Assembly (NCBI GenBank): GCA_964016885.1
Contig: OZ024752.1
Coordinates: 36,828,001-36,892,000, forward strand
DNA: 64,000 nt
Origin: Eledone cirrhosa
Lineage: Eukaryota
Direction: 5' to 3'
Below are positions 54,765 through 64,000 of the stretch, piece by piece. The notes under the pieces are model-generated. The model searched no databases. It saw only the letters and a program-made list of their open reading frames with translations, and had not been told where the DNA came from. The translations under genes and the position numbers were made by a program. Each line of letters starts with the position of its first letter. Position 1 is the first letter of the stretch.

Positions 54765-55210
54765 TAATCAATTTAAACGTCCGTATAGAGCTAATAAGCC
54801 AGAGGGACTAAGGGAGAAGTATCTAGTACTTCTTACAGTTGAGAACCCCCCTCCCCCCAAAAAAAACAAACAAACATGATGATATAAAAATAAAAATAAA
54901 TGTAAACGTCCGTATAGAGATAATAAACCAGGATAGGCTTGGCGGAAGTATCTAGTATTTCTTACAGTTGAGAAACCAAAAAAAAAACAAAAAAATAAAT
55001 AAAATAAAAATAAATAAATAAATAAAAATAAAGATCAATTTAAACGTCCGTATAAAGCTAGTAAGCCATGACAAACTAGGGGGAGTATCTAGAACTTCTC
55101 AAAGCTGAGAAACAAAACAAAAACAAAAATTAGCAAGATAAACAGATATGTGAATATAAAAATCAATTTAAACGTCCGTATAGAGCTCATAAGCCATGAC
55201 AGACGAGAGC
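54765..55210. repeat. Four degenerate ~130-bp repeats
   Basis: TAAACGTCCGTATA near 54774, 54903, 55041, 55169. Confidence 0.8.
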
Positions 55211-55532
55211 TATGTGAATATTTTAAAAAAATGAAAAAAATTGATGTGGAACGCCAACGGGAGGCAAAATAAGCATAAAAAAAAAAAGATTTAAAAAAAT
55301 AACTGGATAAATTTCAGATTAATATAAAATGTCGTTGTAGGGGAAAAGACATGTATGTAGGGTTTTCCCATGCGTGATAAATACGTGTTGTGCGTGACAT
55401 GGATAAGAAGAAGTTAAACGAAGGTTAGATTGTTAAGGACACTGTAAATATAATTGATATGTGACATGTGAAGAAGGATAGAAGAGTAGCCATAAGCAAT
55501 GTCAGGATATTATTGTTATTATTTTTATTATT

Positions 55533-55928
55533 AGGGCGGGGGATTGGCAGTATTGGTAGAGGGTCGGACGCCATGCTTCGCAGCAAAGAGTTACGGCCCT
55601 TTATAGTCTGAGTTCAAATCCCGCCGAGGTTGACTTTGCCTTTCATCCTTACGGGGGTCGATAAAATAAAGTACCAGTAATACGCTGGGTTATTGCTGGC
55701 CTTGTGCCTAAAGTAGAAACAATTATTGTTATTATTTTTATTATTAGGGCGGGGGAATGGCAGTATTGGTAGAGGGTCGGACGCCATGCTTCGCAGCAAA
55801 GAGTTACGGCCCTTTATAGTCTGAGTTCAAATCCCGCCGAGGTTGACTTTGCCTTTCATCCTTACGGGGTCGATAAAATAAAGTACCAGTAATGCACTGG
55901 GGAAATTGCCCCCAAAAGTAGAAACAAT
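55533..55928 (+). mobile_element. Tandem pair of near-identical SINEs
   Basis: 55533-55722 and 55745-55928, both preceded by the same TTATTTTTATTATTA flank. Confidence 0.88.
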
Positions 55929-56009
55929 TATTTTTATCATCAGTTACCTGATTATTTTCCAGTATCACATTTGTAATAAACACGCAAACTGAATGTAAAG
56001 AATAATAAT

Positions 56010-56432
56010 GGCTTCTTATATAGGCACAAGCCCAGCAATTACCCAGTTCATTACTGGTACACAAGGCCAGCAATTTGGGAGGAGTGGAAAGTCGATTAAA
56101 TCGACTCCAGTGTGTTACTGGTGATTTATTTTATCGACCCCAGTGTGTTACTGGTGATTTATTTTATCGACCCCAGTGTGTTACTGGTACTTTATTTTAC
56201 CGTCCCCAGTGTGTTACTGGTACTTTATTTTATCGACCCCAGTGTGTTACTGGTACTTTATTTTATCGACCCCAGTGTGTTACTGGTACTTTATTTTACC
56301 GCCCCCAGTGTGTTACTGGTACTTTATTTTATCGACCACGTAAGGATGGAAGGTAAAGTTAACCTCGGCGGGATTTGAACTCAGACCGTAAAGGACCGTA
56401 ACTCTATGCTGTAAAGCATGGCATTCGACCCT
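56010..56432 (-). mobile_element. SINE with an internal 33-bp unit expanded about 7 times
   Basis: CCAGTGTGTTACTGG every 33 bp from 56107 to 56305. Confidence 0.85.
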
Positions 56433-56434
56433 CT

Positions 56435-56835
56435 CACTCCACCATTCTCACCCTCACCCCTACCTCCACTCCCAGTCTCACTCCATCATTCTCACCCTCA
56501 CCCCTACCTCCACTCCCAGTCTCACTCCATCATTCTCACCCTCACCCCTACCTCCACTCCCAGTCTCACTCCATCATTCTCACCCTCACCCCTACCTCCA
56601 CTCCCAGTCTCACTCCATCATTCTCACCCTCACCCCTACCTCCACTCCCAGTCTCACTCCATCATTCTCACCCTCACCCCTACCTCCACTCCCAGTCTCA
56701 CTCCATCATTCTCACCCTCACCCCTACCTCCACTCCCAGTCTCACTCCATCATTCTCACCCTCACTCCTACCTCCACTCCCAGTCTCACTCCATCATTCT
56801 CACCCTCACCCCTACCTCCACTCCATTCTCACCCC
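56435..56835. repeat. 44-bp C-rich minisatellite, ~9 copies
   Basis: CTCCATCATTCTCACCCTCACCCCTACCTCCACTCCCAGTCTCA. Confidence 0.93.
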
Positions 56836-57331
56836 CATTCCATAATTCATCATTCTCCCCCAGCCTCAGCATCACTTCGTCGTTCTCCCCCTCTCACTTA
56901 CCTCACTCCACCCCTCCCACCTCGCTCCACCATACCCACCTCCCCTTCTACCCCCATCATTCATTATTCACCCCCTCACCCCTCCTACCTCACCCTCACC
57001 CCACCCACCCCCTACCTCACACTCTTACCCCACCTCACCCCTCACCCCCACTCCTCCTACCTCACCCCTTCTACCTCACCCTCACCCCACCATTCATTAC
57101 TCTCCTGCTACCGTAACCCACTTCTATATAGGTGACCACTTTATACAACATTTACTACTAATCCATTCCAATCCTGTTATATTTAGCTACCTCCGACACC
57201 CCCCTCTGTATCTACCCCCTCCTCTCTATCTATCTATCTATCCCCCCTCTCTCTCTCTAGCTCTCTAATCCATATAACATGCTCTAAGCCATGTCATCTG
57301 ACAGAAAGTATTTGTCTACACTGTACCAGAA

Positions 57332-60133
57332 GGCTGTGGATCAGCAGTAATTGGTAGAGCGACGATCAACATACTTTGTGTGGTATTTTTTATCAACATT
57401 GTACCATACTCTGGCAGTAATTGGTAGAGCGACGATCAACATACTTTGTGTGGTTTTTTATCAACATTGTACCACACTCTGGCAGTAATTGGTAGAGCGA
57501 CAGTCAACATACTTTGTGTGGTATTTTTTATCAACATTGTACCACACTCTGGCAGTAATTGGTAGAGCGACGATCAACATACTTTGTGTGGTATTTTTTA
57601 TCAACATTGTACCACACTCTGGCAGTAATTGGTAGAGCGACAGTCAACATACTTTGTGTGGTATTTTTTATCAACATTGTACCACACTCTGGCAGTAATT
57701 GGTAGAGCGACGATCAACATACTTTGTGTGGTATTTTTTATCAACATTGTACCACACTCTGGCAGTAATTGGTAGAGCGACGATCAACATACTTTGTGTG
57801 GTATTTTTTATCAACATTGTACCACACTCTGGCAGTAATTGGTAGAGCGACGATCAACATACTTTGTGTGGTATTTTTTATCAACATTGTACCACACTCT
57901 GGCAGTAATTGGTAGAGCGACGATCAACATACTTTGTGTGGTATTTTTTATCAACATTGTACCACACTCTGGCAGTAATTGGTAGAGCGACGATCAACAT
58001 ACTTTGTGTGGTATTTTTTATCAACATTGTACCACACTCTGGCAGTAATTGGTAGAGCGACGATCAACATACTTTGTGTGGTATTTTTTATCAACATTGT
58101 ACCACACTCTGGCAGTAATTGGTAGAGCGACAGTCAACATACTTTGTGTGGTATTTTTTATCAACATTGTACCACACTCTGGCAGTAATTGGTAGAGCGA
58201 CGATCAACATACTTTGTGTGGTATTTTTTATCAACATTGTACCACACTCTGGCAGTAATTGGTAGAGCGACAGTCAACATACTTTGTGTGGTATTTTTTA
58301 TCAACATGTACCACACTCTGGCAGTAATTGGTAGAGCGACAGTCAACATACTTTGTGTGGTATTTTTTATCAACATTGTATCACACGCTGGCAGTAATTG
58401 GTAGAGCGACAGTCAACATACTTTGTGTGGTATTTTTTATCAACATTGTACCACACTCTGGCAGTAATTGGTAGAGCGACAGTCAACATACTTTGTGTGG
58501 TATTTTTTATCAACATTGTACCACACTCTGGCAGTAATTGGTAGAGCGACAGTCAACATACTTTGTGTGGTATTTTTTATCAACATTGTACCACACTCTG
58601 GCAGTAATTGGTAGAGCGACAGTCAACATACTTTGTGTGGTATTTTTTATCAACATTGTACCATACTCTGGCAGTAATTGGTAGAGCGACGATCAACATA
58701 CTTTGTGTGGTTTTTTATCAACATTGTACCACACTCTAGCAGTAATTGGTAGAGCGACGATCAACATACTTTGTGTGGTATTTTTTATCAACATTGTATC
58801 ACACGCTGGCAGTAATTGGTAGAGCGACAGTCAACATACTTTGTGTGGTATTTTTTATCAACATTGTACCACACTCTGGCAGTAATTGGTAGAGCGACGA
58901 TCAACATACTTTGTGTGGTATTTTTTATCAACATTGTACCACACTCTGGCAGTAATTGGTAGAGCGACAGTCAACATACTTTGTGTGGTATTTTTTATCA
59001 ACATGTACCACACTCTGGCAGTAATTGGTAGAGCGACAGTCAACATACTTTGTGTGGTATTTTTTATCAACATTGTATCACACGCTGGCAGTAATTGGTA
59101 GAGCGACAGTCAACATACTTTGTGTGGTATTTTTTATCAACATTGTACCACACTCTGGCAGTAATTGGTAGAGCGACAGTCAACATACTTTGTGTGGTAT
59201 TTTTTATCAACATTGTACCACACTCTGGCAGTAATTGGTAGAGCGACAGTCAACATACTTTGTGTGGTATTTTTTATCAACATTGTACCACACTCTGGCA
59301 GTAATTGGTAGAGCGACAGTCAACATACTTTGTGTGGTATTTTTTATCAACATTGTACCACACTCTGGCAGTAATTGGTAGAGCGACGATCAACATACTT
59401 TGTGTGGTTTTTTATCAACATTGTACCACACTCTAGCAGTAATTGGTAGAGCGACGATCAACATACTTTGTGTGGTATTTTTTATCAACATTGTACCACA
59501 CTCTGGCAGTAATTGGTAGAGCGACAGTCAACATACTTTGTGTGGTATTTTTTATCAACATTGTACCACACTCTAGCAGTAATTGGTAGAGCGACGATCA
59601 ACATACTTTGTGTGGTATTTTTTATCAACATTGTATCACACGCTGGCAGTAATTGGTAGAGCGACAGTCAACATACTTTGTGTGGTATTTTTTATCAACA
59701 TTGTACCACACTCTGGCAGTAATTGGTAGAGCGACAGTCAACATACTTTGTGTGGTATTTTTTATCAACATTGTACCACACTCTGGCAGTAATTGGTAGA
59801 GCGACGATCAACATAGTTTGTGTGGTATTTTTTATCAACATTGTACCACACTCTGGCAGTAATTGGTAGAGCGACAGTCAACATACTTTGTGTGGTATTT
59901 TTTATCAACATTGTACCACACTCTAGCAGTAATTGGTAGAGCGACGATCAACATACTTTGTGTGGTATTTTTTATCAACATTGTATCACACGCTGGCAGT
60001 AACTGGTAGAGCGACAGTCAACATACTTTGTGTGGTATTTTTTATCAACATTGTACCACACTCTGGCAGTAATTGGTAGAGCGACGATCAACATACTTTG
60101 TGTGGTATTTTTTATCAACATTGTACCACACTC
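57332..60133 (+). repeat. 70-bp satellite (~40 copies) derived from a SINE head plus flank
   Basis: Unit contains TGGCAGTAATTGGTAGAGCGACGATCAACATACTTTGTG, matching the SINE at 60143. Confidence 0.93.
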
Positions 60134-60142
60134 AATGAGACC

Positions 60143-60757
60143 GTGGATTGGCAGTATCGGTAGAGCGACGATCAACATACTTTGTGGCATTTAGTTAAGG
60201 CCATTTAAGATTCTGAGCTCATATCCTGCCGAGGTTAGCTTCGCCTTTCATCTTTACGGAGTCGATAAAATAAAGTACCAGTAACGTACTAGGGTTGATG
60301 TAATCGTTACACCACCCGTCCATTGAAATTGCTGACCTTGTGCCTAAATCAGAAACCATTATTATTTTCTATGGCGGTGAATTGGCAGTATCAGTAGAGG
60401 GTTGGACGCCATGCTTTCTAGCATAGTTACGTCCCTTTACGGTTTGAGTTCAAATCCCGTCGAGGTTAACTTTGCCTTTCATCCTTACGGGGTCGATAAA
60501 ATAAAGTACCAGTAATGCACTGGGTAATTGCTGGCCTTGTGCCAAAAGTAGAAACAATTATTTTCTATAGCAATAATAGGTAGATTGTCGGACAGCAAGC
60601 TTTGAGGCATTTAGTTACGGCCCTTTAAGTTCCGAGTTCACATCCTGCCGAGGTTAGTTTTGCCTTTCATCCTTACAGGATCGATAAAACAGAATACCAG
60701 TAATGAATCGAGGTCGATTTAATCGTTTTCCCGCCTCCCTTTAAATCAGGAACCATT
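60143..60757 (+). mobile_element. Cluster of three SINEs (60143-60360, 60372-60558, 60575-60757)
   Basis: Each has a B-box-like motif and core; the middle one has TSD ATTATTTTCTAT. Confidence 0.85.
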
Positions 60758-60777
60758 ATAATTATCGTTATATTGCG

Positions 60778-61325
60778 TATGGTGTAGTGTGGTGTGGTAT
60801 GGTGTAGTGTAGTGTGGTGTAGTGTGGTGTGGTGTAGTGTAGTGTGGTGTAGTGTGGTGTAGTTATGGTGTGGTGTAGTGTGGTGTGGTGTGGTGTGGTA
60901 TGGTGTAGTGTGGTGTGGTATGGTGTAGTGTAGTGTGGTGTAGTGTGGTGTGGTGTAGTGTAGTGTGGTGTAGTTATGGTGTGGTGTAGTTATGGTGTGG
61001 TGTAGTGTGGTGTGGTGTGGTGTGGTATGGTGTAGTGTGGTGTGGTATGGTGTAGTGTAGTGTGGTGTAGTGTGGTGTGGTGTAGTGTAGTGTGGTGTAG
61101 TTATGGTGTGGTGTAGTGTGGTGTGGTGTGGTGTGGTATGGTGTAGTGTGGTGTGGTATGGTGTAGTGTAGTGTGGTGTAGTGTGGTGTGGTGTAGTGTG
61201 GTGTGGTGTAGTGTGGTGTGGTGTAGTGTGGTGTGGTGTAGTGTGGTGTGGTGTAGTGTGGTGTAGTTGTGGTGTGGTGTAGTGTGGTGTGGTGTGGTGT
61301 GGTGTGGTGTAGTGTGATGTGGTAT
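60778..61325. repeat. (GTGTG/GTGTA)n pentamer microsatellite
   Basis: Direct inspection. Confidence 0.93.
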
Positions 61326-61844
61326 AGTAGAAGTTAAGGCGCTATAGACAATCCACATACAATCCACATACACGCACGCCATCATCACCACCACCGTATC
61401 AATACCTCACCGCTCCCCACATAACTCTCCACTACGCCGGCGGTCCCTATTTGATGATACTTCAGAGATGTTTACTGAAAACAATTCTACCATAGCATCA
61501 TAACAGCAGATCAATATAATTAGTTAAAGCCTATAAAAACGGTAATTTCTTTCTAAAGACCGAGACAAAAAGATTGTAATGAAGAAGAACTCAATTTGTG
61601 TAGTGAGGCATTATTCTCAACGGTGTTAACACGATAAGTGAAGCCACACAATGAGAAATGAAGTTGTACCTGGAAGTTTGCTTTTCCATAATTGTCATTC
61701 ACTGTTGTATCAAAGACTACTAACCAGCCACAGCCGTTATAATAACAGCCTGCTTCGTTGGACACAAATACTAATACCATTACTTTAAAATACGGTAATA
61801 GATCTCATACCACTGCCACACACACAACCACACCACAGACACTT

Positions 61845-61846
61845 AG

Positions 61847-61903
<57 letters not shown>

Positions 61904-61960
61904 TATATATATATATACATACACACATAGACACACACACACATATATATATATACACAT

Positions 61961-62007
<47 letters not shown>

Positions 62008-62072
62008 TATATATATATACACACATATATATATATGTATATACAAACACACATACAAACATATACATATGC

Positions 62073-62141
<69 letters not shown>

Positions 62142-62148
62142 CACACAA

Positions 62149-62179
<31 letters not shown>

Positions 62180-62187
62180 CACACACA

Positions 62188-62229
<42 letters not shown>

Positions 62230-62242
62230 AATATATATATAT

Positions 62243-62275
<33 letters not shown>

Positions 62276-62567
62276 CACACACACATATATATACACACAT
62301 ATATATATATGTATATACAAACACACATACAAACATATACATATGCACATACATACACACACACACACATATATAAATATATATATATATATATATACAC
62401 ATACACACATAGACACACACACACACATACATATATACACACACACACACATATATATACACACATATATATATGTATATACAAACACACATACAAACAT
62501 ATACATATGCACATACATACACACACCACACACATATATATATATATATATACCCATACACACATAG

Positions 62568-62606
<39 letters not shown>

Positions 62607-62816
62607 CACACATATATATATATATACACACACATATATACACACACACACACACACATATATATACACACATATATATGTATATACAAACACACATACA
62701 CACATAGACACACACATACACACACATATATATACACACACACACACATATATATACACACATATATATATGTATATACAAACACACATACATATACACA
62801 TACATACACATACGCG

Positions 62817-62868
<52 letters not shown>

Positions 62869-63300
62869 CGCGTATGTGTATGTATGTGCATATGTATGTG
62901 TGTTTGTATATACATATATATATATGTGTGTGTGTGTATGTATGTGCATATGTATATGTTTGTATGTGTGTTTGTATATACATATATATATATATATGTG
63001 TGTGTATATATATATGTGTGTATATATGTGTGTGTGTGTATCTATATATATATATATATAATGAATAATAATAATAATGAAATTATTATGTACAAATTAT
63101 TGTATACATGTACACATATACACATACATATACACATACATATACACACACACATATATATATATACAAACACACACACACATACATATACACACATATA
63201 TATATATAAAGATATATACAAACACACACACACACATACATATACACATACACGCACGCACACATACACACGCATATATTCACATATATACACACACGTA
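61845..63300. repeat. Compound (CA)n/(TA)n tract with an internal inversion
   Basis: Direct inspection. Confidence 0.9.
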
Positions 63301-63657
63301 TACGACATAGCCACCACGACAACACCACCTCTTCCACTTTCACCGACATGGCGCTAATCTCACAGCTATCATTATCAAACCTCGTAAAGCTAACGATAAA
63401 ATTACTATTACGTACTTATATGCAAGTAGTAATTGTGGAGCACACGCAAGAATTACCTCCCTTGTGCCATTTGTCAGATATTCTCTACATAATACGGTTT
63501 TACTCACTCGGTACAAATATATAACCACAGCAAACAATATGTTGCTGCTTTGTTTTTCCTCTTTTATCACACACGCGCGCACACACACACACACACGTGT
63601 ATGTGTATGATAGTATAAGGATTTTCCAATTAAAATTGTTTTAAGTATAACTTGATT

Positions 63658-63925
<268 letters not shown>

Positions 63926-64000
63926 TATATATATATATATATACACACACATACACCAATATGTGTGTGCGTGTTTATATATATATATTAGAATGCGTGT

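Overview
Repeat-saturated animal DNA with no supportable host gene. The tRNA-derived SINE family and the (TA)n/(CA)n/(TATG)n load suggest an octopod cephalopod (inference). Contents: two copies of an RTE-clade LINE with three C-terminal C2H2 fingers (one near full length, single frameshift); four Penelope-like elements (PLEs, Naiad-type RT + GIY-YIG) from three families, three with inverted pseudo-LTRs; CR1-like, R4/Dong-like (REL) and other RTE fragments; about 15 SINEs; a 10-kb 31-bp satellite with a ~3.6-kb higher-order duplication; and 16-, 32-, 33-, 44-, 70- and 113-bp tandem arrays. The main signal not visible in the ORF track is about 20 type-I hammerhead ribozyme motifs from about 9 sequence families. 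Most have a family-specific palindromic stem III and several have a greatly enlarged stem II. They sit in PLE pseudo-LTRs and in small ORF-less fold-back elements next to (TA)n tracts. These elements have asymmetric short and tailed ends, and four families share a TACTC-stem-YY-GAGTR tail hairpin. Other notable items are a 106-bp target-site duplication around a SINE, a satellite built from a SINE head, and a 113-bp array carrying perfect estrogen-response-element palindromes. All RNA structures were paired by eye, and no database searches were possible.
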